From NCBI RefSeq assembly GCF_009914755.1, contig NC_060927.1: 64,000 bases of DNA. One strand, 5' to 3'. The position numbers were made by a program, and so were the translations under genes. The DNA comes from the human T2T-CHM13v2.0 reference genome, Homo sapiens. The notes beneath the pieces were generated by a model. It did not search any database, was not told the DNA's origin, and saw nothing but the letters and a program-made list of their open reading frames with translations. Shown here piece after piece: positions 41,270 through 60,674 of this stretch. Numbering within the stretch: the stretch's first letter is position 1; each line of letters opens with the position of its first letter.

Positions 41270-41540
41270 AGGGAACTGATCATATAAAGAACCATTGGCA
41301 ATGTCCAGAGGTTTGTTTTTTATTCTAATGCCATTAAGCCCACTGCAGGTTTTATAAACAAAGGATATCAGGCGGAGAAACCACTTAATTTGCTGTCTGA
41401 AAAACAGACATCAGGGCAGAGTGAGGTGATGGTGTCTTGCAGTGGTACAGAAGTACCAGAAATAAGAGAAGTAAAGACATTTAGAATACATGTTTAGTGG
41501 TGCTGAAAGATTTGCTCTTGGATTGGATGTTGAGGAGTGG
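41270..41540 (-). mobile_element. L2 fragment
   Basis: tttttattctaatgccattaagcccactgcaggttttataaac...agatttgctcttggattggatgt. Confidence 0.5.
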
Positions 41541-44270
41541 AGTCAGTTCTGTTAATCAATTATGATTCCTTAGACCATTTCCTGTTAGATTCCAAGACAG
41601 CATAGTGATCAGGGGAAATTATTAAGCGAATAGATTAGACATAATTATAATCTTAGTTCTTCCACTGGTGAGTTGTGAAGGCTCCCTACACCTGTTTACT
41701 CCTTTGCAAAATGGCCTCCACTTTCCCTTTCCTGCTTGAGAATGCGATGAATGTTACACACCTCAATCTCTTACTGCTCATTGTTTTCATGCAACCCCTT
41801 TCTCTGTCTTAATTGCATTATACCATACTTGCTCCTATTGAATGTCAGTTCCATTTGTTTTTCATAACTTCTTCAATTTATCAAAGTCAACTGAATCCAA
41901 TTCTATCCTCCCAAGGTGTTGACCTTCTCTTTCTTTCCCTTTTTGTTTTCCTCCTGTGTACTTCTAATGAGGCACATTTTCTACTCTCTCATTTAGATTT
42001 GGGATTCTTCTTTCAGCATCTGCCTCCACTATTTACTGGCTTTTTCCACGGCCCTTTGACAACAATGCTTGTAAAATGCCTCCCTTCCTCTTGGTGCTGT
42101 CTTTGAATGGTTTTAACTTTTAAAACAAAAGGTAGAGTTTTGCTTTCTAATGCTACATTATAGTCAATCTTCTCCACAATACACTGTATCTAAAACACTG
42201 GATTCAAGATAAGATTGATCGAACATCACTGGAGAAACTTGAGACTTCGTACTGTATATTCTGACCATTTGAACACAAATTTCACATTGTGATAAATCTT
42301 TCAGATGTTGAAAGTAAATTTGCAAGTATGTAATTCCAGGTTCTACAGGTAACAAGCATAGATGGGATAGCTCAAAAATCACGTGTATAATATACATCAA
42401 AATCATATATATGTATATGTTATATATCTATTTAAGGCATATTTTATATATATCATTTTTTATCACTTTTGACACTGGTTTGACCATTCTCTCTCTGTAT
42501 TTGCTTTTACTTAATGCCCGTTTAAAATAGAGGCATAAGTGAAAGGAAAAAACCCAGTATTAAAATGTCTATTTTTTTACAATGCTTTAAGTAAATTTAT
42601 TCTCTTGTTTCACCTTATAGATACACATATATACATATATCCTATAATAGTAATATAAGTTAATATATAATGCCCTTCACTTGGGTTTAATACATGACCT
42701 TTGAATACTAAGTATTTGAATCTTGCAAACTCCCATCTGCAGAGAAATAAATGTCTAATTAAGTGGGGAAAATAATTAAAATAAGACTGACCTTTGCCTA
42801 GGATTGCATATTGTATGTTTTTAATTAGAAAAAATTAATATAAACTTGTGAATACAATTATTTAAAAATATCAGTGTGTTTAACTTAATATGATTAACTT
42901 TTCTGAATCAATGACTACTTTTTCTTTATTAATGCTAATACATCTAACTGTAAAAGTATGATATTTTACAGCAGTGAGCAATTTTTTATTTCTTGTTGTA
43001 GAATTAAATATGAAAGATTTAGCCTGAGTGCTAAAAGAAATCTATTAAACTATCTAAAATTACACTCACAGCATGGGGCAACAGCACAAAATCCAGTATT
43101 TCTAATGCCTCTTATGCACAATATATGCAAGTTTATTTCTAACATTTTAAAATATTTTTTAGCTAATCCGTGTCCTAAATAATACATATATAAAGTAGTT
43201 TACATACTTGTGTGCTGGTCCTTAAGGTACATTCTTTAAAATAGGACATATAAATTCTTCCAATGTTAGACTCAACTTTATTTCCTTAGGCAAATAAAAT
43301 CATCAAAGTATATTTACCATGACTAAAAATAGCAATTCTTTATCTGATAAGTATCTTTAATATGACTAAAAACAGTGATTCTTTATATTTTTCAACTTTG
43401 TGTCAGTTTATTTTCTTTTTCTTGTGTTTCTATCTTACAGAAATAGAAACTTTAAAATTTATCACTGAGATAAAATAGTGTAGCAATAGTACATATAACA
43501 TGACTACAATAAGCCATAAAAGATAATACAGTTTTAAAACTCTGAAAATGAAAATTTAAATTCTTTTATTAAGTCTAAGATAACAATCAATCGCTAATTT
43601 GGGGAATATGTTCAAAATAACAGCATGCCAATTACTCCGCCCACAGTTCACAGGCACTTTGGGACAATTTTGTGATTGGAATTTCCTTACATACACAATA
43701 ATACATGTCTCAATTTTGTGACAGGTTTTATAAATTATTTTAGCTGTATAAAATCATGCCTGTCATTCTCAAAATACCAACAAATGAAACATGTATTTTA
43801 ATCAAGTGAAGACTTCATCATTAAAAGCCTTGAAATAAATACTTGAAAAATGTATTTTTAAAAGCAGTCATTCAGCAAGAAGTCAATTGGTCCTAGAAAG
43901 TAAAGTGTAAAGGATGTCTTTGTGAAAAATCATTTATTTATAAAGGGAATGTCATTAAAAGTTGAAAGTAGTGATCATATAAAAGAAACAATTATGGGAG
44001 AAAATTATTTTGGGTTACATAATTATATGTGTCCTTGTAGGCTCTTCATCATTTGAGTCACTTACTTGAAAATAGAACTTTGATATTGAAGAAAAAGTAT
44101 TTTAAGTTTTCATACTATATAGTTCAAACTCTGACCAATTTTTAAAATAATAGTGCTGACAGTTGTATTCCCTTCAATATTGTTTTATATGCTAATAAAA
44201 CTATCTGCATAGTTTTAGGAAAATATCAGGAAAAACAGGAATGTCAAATAGTTGATGTAAGGTTTTGTAT

Positions 44271-44820
<550 letters not shown>

Positions 44821-46053
44821 ATATCTTGAATTTTTTTAATAAAGTGAAGAGTTTTTATTAAATGCCTGGAAATAAATACTTGAAAAATTTATTTTTAAAA
44901 CAGACATTGAGCAGGAAGTTAATTGCTCCTACAAAGTATAAGAATGTCTTTTTGAAAAGTCATTTATATAAGGAATGTCTTTAAAAGTTGAAAATAGTCA
45001 TGATATAAAAGAAGCAATATTAGAAGAAAATTATTTTGGAAAGCACAATCATATGTTCCTGTAGGCTCATCACCTATGTGAGTCACCTATTTGAAGGTAG
45101 ATGAATAAGCTATTTTTTTTCATGTTTTTCCTGGAACTTATGTACACAAAATAGAATGAGATGAAATAATGTCTTATTAAAGGTAATAACAATTGAAACC
45201 CAGTCAGTTTGGATGTAAAGTCTTTTCGGAAGGCCAGAAAATAGAAGGCCAATGCTAATATGAAATATCAATGCTTTAAAAATGATTCACAGAAAAGAAG
45301 TATTCATTTATATTAAAGAAGCAAAGCACATTTTCAAAAATTTTTATAGTTGAGTACCTACATTTATGTGACTTTAGAATGTTTGATATTTTTACTTTAA
45401 TAGAATATACCTTCCATATTATATTTTACTTTCACCACTGTTAATTTTAAAATAGATAATAAGAACAAGAAAGAAAGTCCTAGGGTAATGAGTGAGAAGA
45501 GCATAATTAGCCTGGAATCTGAATATTTTTTTAAAAGTGCAATTTATTGGAAATAATACTCATGTTAATAATTGATATTTAAACACTGAACTTTTGGCTG
45601 TTTTTGTTTTTCAAACTTACTTAGAAATAGCAATATTATACACAAGTCTACTTTTGGAGAATGAAGAAATTGATTCTTTACAATTCTTTACAATTAATAT
45701 TATATGTAATTAGAATTCACAGTTTTTCCAGGTTTTTCTCCTTTCTAAAAATAACAAAATAAATTAACTTTGAAACAAAGATTTTTCTGAACATGTGTAT
45801 TTACAAAGAAAATAATAGACTTTATACCATCAGTTAGGAATTTGTTTTGTCATCATAGGAGAGAAATAAAAAACGTAATCATATTTTTCACATTTTTGTG
45901 ATGAGCTAGGCTTTAAGCGATATTTAGAACAACTAAAATGCACTGAAGGATACTGAGAACCACACTACCAACTGATAATGCTAATCCAAGTTTCTCACTA
46001 GGTTTGAAGTATAGAATACATTTGCAAAGAATTATTAACAAAAGTCCTTTAGG

Positions 46054-46190
46054 AGCCTGGCACCATGGCACACGCCTGTGGTACCAGCTACTCAAGAGGC
46101 TGAGGTGGAAGGATCACTTGAGCCTAGCTCAAGTATCACCTGAACTTTGAGTTCAGCCTAGAACCTGTCTCTAAAAAATAATTAATTAAA
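46054..46190 (+). mobile_element. Alu monomer (FLAM/FAM-like)
   Basis: cacgcctgtggtaccagctactcaagaggctgaggtggaaggatcacttgagcc...cctgtctctaaaaaaa. Confidence 0.8.
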
Positions 46191-46585
46191 TGAAAAACTC
46201 TTTTTGAAAGTTCTCTAACCAAAGTTTTGTTAGAAGAGATATAAAACAGAAATCATAAACTTTTAATGATAAGTGAACATTTTTATGGACAAACACAATC
46301 ACAATCTAATTCTATATTTCTTCTCCCCTAAATCAAAACTATTGATTAAACAGGTGGTAGCATTTGATATTCTACAGACAAGCATGCCAAAGTTTTCAGG
46401 GAGTACCACTTTCATCAAGAAATAACATGAACTAGCGATCATATAGCAAATATATGAGCTTTGACCTTTTGCGGTGGGAGAAAAATTATTTGCTTAAAGA
46501 TGACCTTTTAAAAACATAAACATAAAACATAGCTTCTAGTTATTTTTCATATAAGAATATTTAATGCAAAACATTAAATAATTAC

Positions 46586-47047
<462 letters not shown>

Positions 47048-48299
47048 TAGAAAAAAAATTCGGGGGGGGGGGCATTTTATTACAGAATATAATAAAAGCT
47101 ATTTATGTATATAATTAGTCATCCTGACTTTGATAAGGACTCTCAGTTAATATTGGATTTCTCTCCAGAAATGTGCCTTAATCTCCAGAAAAAAAAAACA
47201 AATCCAAGTGTTCCCCCAACTTGAGGTAGACGGTAGAATTAGTAGTAAGCACATATTTCCGTTATGTAGGGGAGAAGAAAAACTTGTCTGACTACTCTCC
47301 AAAATGAATATTTCCATCCTTGACACACTAATGAAAATATTATCTGCTATATACCGTCTCCAAATAACTCCTTTTAAGAAGCGAGTATCAGTTAAAAGTA
47401 ACATGTAAAAACAAAAGAAAAGCCAAGCTAAGACGTCGTTTCCTACATCTCAGGTAAATTAGAAGTCTCTGTCTCTAATATTGCTAGCTAATATATTTTA
47501 ACTTGAATATTTGTTTTGAAATCTGATCAAAATATAAATTTGGTCTAAGAGAGCTAGTCAGACAGTGGTTGGATATCAATGTAACTATGCCCATTTAATG
47601 ATGTTTTAAAAACAGTTTTTCCTTAAAGCTTTTCCCTGCTAAAACTATAAAATTTTCTTAAAATTTTGTGTCAATTCACAAACATATCCAAAGAAATCAG
47701 TAAGAGGAATTAGAGATTTGAATGGAAAATAAAGTTAACTTGATTTCATTAAAGAAGAAAAAAACAAAAAACAGGATCATTGGTTTACCTTCTCCTCATA
47801 GAAGAATTTTAGCAAATTCTTGTGTGGTGACTTAGCAAGGGCAAGATAACGAATCACTTTAGCAACCTTAGAAAGAGGATGTGCTAGCAATTCCCTTATA
47901 CCCATGATAACTTAGCAGCATGTAAAGATCATAGGACAATGTTGACTAACTGAAATTTTTTTGTCGGATTGTTTACTTCCAAGTAATTTTCTGGTTAAGA
48001 GAAGGTTGAAAATAGAACTCACTGGTTCTATTTTTAAAATCTAACTTTGAAAAATATTTGAAAATATGTATTAGTTTGTTTTTTTTTTTTCCTTGCGTGT
48101 CAAAGTACTACTGTTGAGTCATGACTTCTACCCTTGAACAAATATGGGTTCAAATTGAGGCTTCACTCTTCACTTCGTATCTAAGCTTATATACTATACT
48201 TATATTTCTTACTCAGTAAAAGTCTAAAACAAATGTTCCTAGTCATCCAGAAATGGATAGTAGGGAGAAGTGTGAAACCTGAGTTGGTAGAGGAATGAT

Positions 48300-48544
48300 C
48301 TTCAATTTCTAACTACCAATGTTGTGTGAATGCTGCTCTGCAGTTATTTGAGAGAAGAAAAGAGCATGCAGGATCAAGCATGGAAGTTGTTTCTGTCAAT
48401 CACAAACCACTTCTGTTCATTATTCCATTGGCTAAAATTTAATTACTTGATCACACCTAACTGTAAGTAGGTTGCGACTTTGTTTGGTTAAGTGGCTAGA
48501 AAGAACAAAAATTTATTTATTGAATAGCTAGAAATTTTTGCCAT
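48300..48544 (-). mobile_element. Old MLT1 (J/K-like) LTR fragment
   Basis: cacttctgttcattattccattggctaaaa...cacacctaactgtaag...tgaatagctag...gccata. Confidence 0.6.
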
Positions 48545-49079
48545 AAATGATGCACTGTTACTTACCACATAGAGCTATGTTATAGATAAAATGGCATAAG
48601 GTAAAGTTCAATATTCTCTGTGTGGGGGTTAAAAATATTTGCTATTATTATTAACATCAGTGTTACCATTCTGAACTTCATTTCTCATTATAGAGCTTTC
48701 AAGTTGTGAAAGGAACTGTAAATCGGTTAAATATTTACTCTTTCCCAGAGAGTGCCTGAAAATTTCTTTCTAACACTCTGATACAATTTTTTATTTTGAT
48801 TTAATACAAAGAAAATGAACTTTGGAATTACACTAACTAAAAACTAAACCTCTGATTTCCCATTTAATACCTAAGTCACTACAACCAAATAAATGATTAT
48901 TGAATATCAGCAAAGAGTAGTTGACCTTGTGCTGTGTTTTAAGAATATGAAGTAAATTGAAGTTTGGTGGAATAAACATTAAGATATGACAATATTTTAA
49001 AATAAGTACAATTATAGTGCTAACTTCAGAGTGAATACGGTCAATGTGAAATTTAGACTCTATCATGGGATATCACGTT

Positions 49080-49945
49080 AAAAGGTTATTGTGCTAATAC
49101 AGGCAAGAAATGATGGGACTTGAACTTTAGCAGTTGGGGGAGTGGGGGAGAGAAGAGGAAGAAGAGAAAGAAAAAGAAACCCATTTGAAAAACCTTTTAG
49201 ATGGGGGTTAATAGTACTTAGTTAATCATTGGAAGCTGCACAAATAAAGCAGAATAAGCCAAAGTTGTTTTCAAGATTTACCATCTGATAGATATATATC
49301 ACCTGAGGAGAGAATACATGAAAAATCCGGTTTAATAGAGAAGATACTAATTTCAGTCTCAGGTACATAAGTTTGTTTCTAGTAGGAATTACACTGAAAA
49401 TGTCTTGTTATCAATTAAAAATTATCTGGAAAACAGAAGCAATTCATGTTTAGAGATATACATTTCAAAATAATGAACACGAATGTGAAATATTGGGTGA
49501 AAGCTAATAAGAAAAAGCAAGGAAAGGGACTTTGGAGAGTGACTAAGCAGCGCTCATAAGAAGTAAGAAGAAAACTAAAAAAAAAAAGCACTGAGGATAC
49601 AGAATCAAATAATGAGACCAACAAAAAGGAGGAAATGATTAACATAAATGCCAGCTGCTATTTTTATTTTGATGTTTATTTTGGCCAGGTATTTTGGAAA
49701 TGTCATTTTGCAGAAGAACCAAATCAACCAGAGGTCTAGATGGCAGTTGGTTGAGAAATGGAAGCAATCACAGAAAATTGAGGCTGTAAGTACAGAAAAA
49801 TCATTCAATAACTTTCCTGGAAAAAAGAAGAAAAAAAAATATGGCAGTAATTTAACAAGAAAGCAGGTCAGAAATGTTAACGTTTTTGGATAGAGGATAC
49901 CTTAATAAGTTTGAAAATTGAGGTGAAAGTCAGTGGGAAAGCAAG
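49080..49945 (-). mobile_element. L2 fragments
   Basis: aggttattgtgctaatacaggcaagaaatgatgg...gagaaatggaagca...gtacagaaaaatcattcaataactttcctg. Confidence 0.6.
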
Positions 49946-50010
49946 ATTTACATTACAATGGGGGAAAAGGCAATGTAAAAATAATAAATTTGAAAAGGAA
50001 TTGAGGTGTT

Positions 50011-54535
<4,525 letters not shown>

Positions 54536-54549
54536 AATATATCAATATC

Positions 54550-54858
54550 CAGACAGACACAGAGAGAGATTTATTATAATAAATTGGCTTACATGATTTA
54601 AAGGATTGTAGCTAGCAAAGCAAGTTCAAAATCGATCGAAATTCCCCACTCTCTTTTTCACAAGTTCATGCTTTTAATCCATCTAGATGATTAAATCAGG
54701 CCCATGCAGTTTATCCAGTCTCTTTTACTTAAATTCGACTGAATGGGGACTTTGATTATATCTGTCAAATCCCTTCACAGTAGCACCTAGTATAAGTTTG
54801 ATTGAATAACCTGAAATTGAAGCCTAGTCAGGTTGTTGTATCATAAAAGCTATTATAG
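54550..54858. mobile_element. MLT2 (ERVL) LTR fragment
   Basis: agagatttattataataaattggcttacatgatt...atcccttcacagtagcacctagtataagtttgattgaataac...gcctagtcaggttg. Confidence 0.75.
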
Positions 54859-55032
54859 TTGATAGATCGGAAGGAAGAAGTAGGCTAAAGACTTATTTTG
54901 GACTTATCAGGTTGCAGGTAGTACTTTAAATCATAAGATTACATGATTTCTCCAAGATAAAAAATATAGAGTGAAATATTTTTAAAATGTCTCAATACAT
55001 TCTGTTATTGAAAACTAATTACCACATCATGC

Positions 55033-55035
<3 letters not shown>

Positions 55036-55067
<32 letters not shown>
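55036..55067. repeat. (CA)n microsatellite
   Basis: About 15-16 units. Confidence 0.95.
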
Positions 55068-55069
<2 letters not shown>

Positions 55070-56491
55070 TCATTGCTGCAAACACATGTGAAAGGGTAGA
55101 GGTAGGATTTTAGGTGTGCCTCTTCTATTTAACTTATCACTGCAAACTCAAAAGGTATGAATACAGTGACTGACAGTCTCAGGGTCACAAAAGAACGCCA
55201 CCTTCTGAGGTCACTAGGGGAAAATATACTCAGGTTTAAACCCTCTTTTTCCACTTGCTGTCTCCAAATCAAGAGTCCTTTTATGCTCCCTATCTCTCTC
55301 ACAATACCTTCTTTGCAACTTAACTTCACTGTATTCCAAGACAGATATGCGATACAGACAGAGGAGGATAAAAGCCACGAAAGAAACCCTACAGGAGAGG
55401 CAGAGATGAAGAGGAATGAAGAGATGATGCTAGGGGAGCAGTTTCAGTGTGTGGTGAAAAGGGATTGAGAAGTGAATTAGCAGTAAGTAGAGTAGGCATC
55501 TCATGTAGAAGACTCTTCTGAGAAATAAGAAAATCTACTCAAAGGAAAAATAATTCAAATCTGAGAAAGAACGATGTCAAAAGTCTGAATGATGTGAGCT
55601 TATTTGAATGCTGAGGGAATTTTTTGCGTTAGAAAGAGTAAGGGTAGAAAAGTGAAGTAGGATTAAGAAAAACAATGAACTCAGTAAGGGAGTGGAGAAC
55701 CAGAAGAATTTGGACACCTTCAACCGGCCCCTTGATAGTGGGATTATAGGGAAATACAATGCCTCAAATTGAAAGATTTACATAGGTACTATTGTCAGGG
55801 ACAAAACATTTACCAGCGCACATGTGAAAATAAAAGTAAAATAAAAGGGCTTAAGATGTTTTCTTGGCCTTAGGTATTATGGTGATAACTTAGATTGAAT
55901 AATATTAGATCACTTGCAGTTGGAAGATAAACAGAAAGGATACAGGAAACAATTGGACCATGTTTTTTTATCTAGCATCTGAGTGTGAAGTTGTGATGTT
56001 GTAATTCCATACTCTGCACCATGTTTTTAGCCTATCGTCTTGGTTTTGAGCTACCAAACGAAATGAAATGGGCCATGGCAAGAATTGGTCACCATATTGC
56101 CATTGCTATAGCAGCAGAGTGATGAGGAAAGGGGAAATGTCAAGATTTCCCAATCTAATAATAATTACCTTAAAAGGGCTCTGATTATCAGCCCAGGGAG
56201 GTGTAACCCAACAACAGTTTACTGTATTGTGCATAGGTTTACAGAATCTTTTGGTCACTCTATCAGGGAGACACTGAAATACTAAGGACATAAATCAGTA
56301 AGTAGATTTCATATATATTCAGATTTCATGGGGGAGAATGTTCTGATTCTAAAATCAAAAAAAAGGGAGGAAGAAAGACAGGAAGGAAAACACTAAGGAG
56401 GAGTAAAGGAAGGAAGATGGATATAACGTGTAATTCCTTGTCTTGGTGTACACATAATTAACTTTTTTAAAATGCTACATAACAATAAGAT

Positions 56492-56940
56492 TGTATTAAT
56501 TTCCCAGTGCTGCCATAACAAATTGTTATAAATCAGGTCTATTAAAACAACAGAAATTTATCTTCTCAAATTTCTTGAGGTTAGAAATCTGAGATCCAGT
56601 TGTCAACAGGGCCATAATCTTTCTGAAAACCCTAGGGAAGAATCCTTCCTTGTCTCTTTCTAGCTTCCTGCATTCCTTAGCTGAATCGTTTCAATTTCTG
56701 CCTCTATCTTAGCACGGTCATCTTCCCTCTGTGTGTGTCTGTGTTTCTGTCTCCAAATTCTCCCTTTTAATCTTGTAAAACATCAGTCATTGGATGTACG
56801 GCACACCCTAATCCAATATGACCTCATTTTAGCTTGATTGCATATGCAAATATTCTATTTTAAAACAAGAACACATTCCTGGGTACTAGGATTTAAGACT
56901 TGAACATATCTTTTTGGGAGACACAATTCAATCCACTACA
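56492..56940 (-). mobile_element. MLT1C-like MaLR solo LTR
   Basis: tgtattaatttcccagtgctgccataacaaat...aaacaacagaaatttat...gacacaattcaatccactaca. Confidence 0.9.
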
Positions 56941-57009
56941 ATTATAAATACTTAGCAAATGATTTTTTCTCCGTCTGAAATCAGCTATTTCAAGTTCCAA
57001 AATAACTGA

Positions 57010-57160
57010 ACTATCATTTCTTTCTGATCTTACCTCAATATGTTTACTTACCTATAAAATGGGGGCACTACTAATTTCTACCTTATCAGATTGTTGTGAA
57101 GATTATGGTTGATAATAGATTAATAGATTACGATTGTTTAGACTAGCTCCTGCTACAAAC
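57010..57160. mobile_element. MIR fragment
   Basis: cctcaatatgtttacttacctataaaatggggg...tctaccttatcagattgttgtgaagatta (MIR core). Confidence 0.65.
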
Positions 57161-58452
57161 ACTTTGTAGATGTGTGATGGGCAGCCTTGAGACACCTGCT
57201 AGCCCTTCTCACAATAATGATTCTGACAACACTTTACCCTGAAGAAATGAAAAGATTAGCTAAATCTTATTGTCCAGACACCGTGGGAAGGAGTTAGCCT
57301 ATTAGTGAGACAGCGCTAATTAAAGTATTTTTATTATGTTTTCTCCATTGTTTCTGCAACTTACTCTGTAATTGGACAAGTTACTCTATTAGACAATGAC
57401 CTTGGGCATTGTGGTTGGTTTTAGCGGCCCATTCTAAGTCAATTTTCTAACACAGGCAGATGAACTATCTTAATTGGCATGCCTGGGGAGAAATATAAAC
57501 ATGTCAAATAAATAACCATCAAGTAGCACAGTGTTGGATGACATTCACTTTCTCTTTTGCCAACTGCCTTTAAGGTAAACTTGGTAACAAAGCAGGACAA
57601 GTTTTGCTTGTCTATACAGAGGTAAGAATAGCTTATTTAAGAGGTGTACTAGAGAAAGAAGGCAGCCTAAAGTGAACATCATAGCCCAGCAAGCACCAAT
57701 TCTCACCATATAAGCATTATTAAAAAACAAACCTTGGCTGTACAAAACAATTGATGTGCTACTGAAGTTTATTATTTTCTTTTATATGTCAGTCAAAAGT
57801 CTCTTTCCTCATTTTTAACTATCACAGAAATAAGCATACTGAATCTCTCCCCAGTAATCTGCCCAATTAAATGGTGGTGCTATTATGCAAGTACTTTAGT
57901 TGGGAAATTCTATTACAGCATCACCTCAACCTACATTATGTGTGCTGGATTTTTTTGTTTGTTTGTTTTTGCATGCAAAAGTGCAAATAAATGAAAAATA
58001 AAAATAAAACAATAATTCTCTACTAATTTGTTATCCCATAAATCGACATGAACAACACATCTCAATATTGCGAGTAATTTCTTTTCTACAAGAGCTTCAC
58101 CAAGCAGAAAGACTTAACAAAGGGGCTGTAATAGACACACTGAATCCTAGTCCTTTGTAATTTGGGGTTAGCTTGACACATTGCTCTATAATTCGTTGAC
58201 CATTGACGGCAGTCAGATATTTGAATTCTTCATTTTCACATTGCGTCTACAAAGAAAATCAGAAAAAATGAGGAGTCCAGAATCAGTCCAAATATTTCAA
58301 CTATGAAAAAAGAAAACTGATACTCACTCTGTCTGATTCACATACATACCTACATGCATACATACATACATACATATATAGAGATAGCAAAATTGTTTTC
58401 TAATTTTTTGTCCTAGTTTCAGAAATTGCATTTTCATCAAACAGATTCACTT

Positions 58453-58633
58453 CGGTGCTTCTTTAACCTGGTAGGTCATTAGCATCACCTGAAGGGATTT
58501 TAAGGCCTAGGGATGCCTTAACTGGACCTAGAACAATTAAATCAGAACAGAGTAGGGTTGGGAAGGTGTTGCTCTATAGGTATTTTTAAAAAGACTTCCT
58601 GAATGATTTTAACAGTAGGATTGTGAACCACTG
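58453..58633. mobile_element. MER5 (hAT-Charlie)
   Basis: cattagcatcacctgaaggg...aattaaatcagaa...tgaatgattttaa...tgtgaaccactg. Confidence 0.7.
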
Positions 58634-60674
58634 ACTTACTTTGCTAGAATTTGACATTTAGGTGCTTCGGTTTGTTCATCTCCACATCTGTTCCTTGTCA
58701 TTTCCCCAACATGTAGAAATCACTACTCAATGTTAATGAGGTTCTCATATTGAGAAAGCGCATTTGCTTCTTCATTTTTTCCTTCCCCATGGGATTTTCA
58801 GCATTTGGTTTTGTAGGCATTAACTTCTTGACCTTTCTAAGACATAACCACGTTAGGTTAGTTTTATGATAACATTAATAACAAAATCACCTATTAAAAA
58901 TTCTATTTCTGTTTAATTTTCTAGAAAACAACACAAAGTCAATGCCCTTTATAATCCTGCATTGATAACAATGTAAACTTAATCAAAAAAAGTTAGCTTT
59001 AAGAAAGTTTCAATTCAATGTCAGAACATCAGAAGAAATTTTGAGATATTTAGCCATAGCTATGCCAGTTTTTCCTAAAGCATGCCCCTTCTTATTGCTT
59101 AAATAGGCCTTTAGGTGTTATCTGTCAGATTAACTCTTATCTTTTAAAAATTGTAAATAGTTTAGTAGTGTCAGGAGGCTTAGAACAGCCTCAACACAAG
59201 AGAACTATATATTATTCTGTTTCTTAAAGGACAGTGGCCTGAGGAGGAGTATGCATTATAAATAAAATGCACTTCTGGAGAAATGTAATTTCAATATTTA
59301 TTCATTTATTTCCACACCAGAATGGAACAAAGCTTATGTGTATAGCCAATGGCACTATACATATTTCTTGCATTATAGCTTCCAAGATGTCCCAAACACT
59401 GCTATTTTTAAGAAAGCATTCATTTGCAAAGCTTTGTTATCCATTCCTAAAATATTCTTTGCAACCTCTAAAACTGGGAGGCGGATGTATTTATTATGAC
59501 AATACTATCTGCCTGGCCAGTATTGTAAAAATAAAATAAAATGTTAGCATTTGACATGAAGTAATACAAGCATTAAAGGGACTGACTAATAGTTTAACCA
59601 ATAATACTACAAAATTAACCATGGAGTAAAGCCACATAAAAGCAAACCTACAGATAACTTCACTTTGTGACACTTCACTAGATTTGAGCATTGATTTGAT
59701 TTCTTTCATGTATTTACAGTATAGATAGTAGAGTTACAGAATCAATTGTATAGGTTGCCCCAAAGACCACTTTGTTAAATTTATGAGTAGCTGCTTAGGA
59801 TCAACAGTCAGAAAATCAATTTCCTTCTATTCTGCTTCTCATTAATGTATAAGTTTTATTTGTTTTTGTACAATTTCCTAACCCATTTGAGAAAGCAATT
59901 TAAATGGTCTGTCCTTGCACATACTACTCACTTCCAGTTAAGTCCCTCTATGGCAAACAGGATTTTGCATACAGATAAAATAACAAGAAATAACAACAGC
60001 AAGTGGTTTTATAATTGTTCTTTCTATTGAATTAACTCAGTGAGGTCATTCATGGCAAAAATAGGAGGGTCATTTTCATCTTGACTCTCTTTGGAAGAGA
60101 GAGTATTAGATGGGATTTAGTTGTGAAGACAGAAATAGAATGTTAGCAAAAACTAAAAATTTCTGGATATTTAACTCAATGGTTATGGGTTCCTTATTGT
60201 GGAGCCTGTCCTGCCTGTTAGCCAATAAATATGTATTAGATACCCACAACATCCCAAAAGTAATTAAAAATTAAATAGCTTCTTCATCTCTTGGGTCTAC
60301 GGTTCGCCATAAAATCATAATCATCAAAATTCATTCTTATTCACTTGGTTCTCTGATATTTTCAGTTCAATCCCATAAATATTTATAGAATGCTGCTTTC
60401 TACCATTGAAAAGTTTACAGCCTTGTATGAAGGATAACGCAAGCACATATAACTAGCTACTCAAATGAGCTAAGTGTCATGAGACAAGCATGAGTGAATA
60501 ACTGGGTCAAAGTACAAGCAGCAAGTCTATTTACCAAAAGCCCATGTACCAAAGTAAGTACTAACATAGGTCAACAAATATTAAAAGAAGATAATTGAGT
60601 ATATGTAATATATAGAGACTATATGTGGCCTACAAAATGGTGAGGTATCAACTTATGTCAAGAATGACATGAAA

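Noticed and set aside
43319-43386. Short imperfect direct repeat atgactaaaaa.ag..attctttat
   Set aside because: Ordinary old microduplication in AT-rich DNA with nothing to suggest function.
47062-47072. G11 run as a G-quadruplex
   Set aside because: Too short for four G3 tracts with loops, and no neighbouring G-runs.
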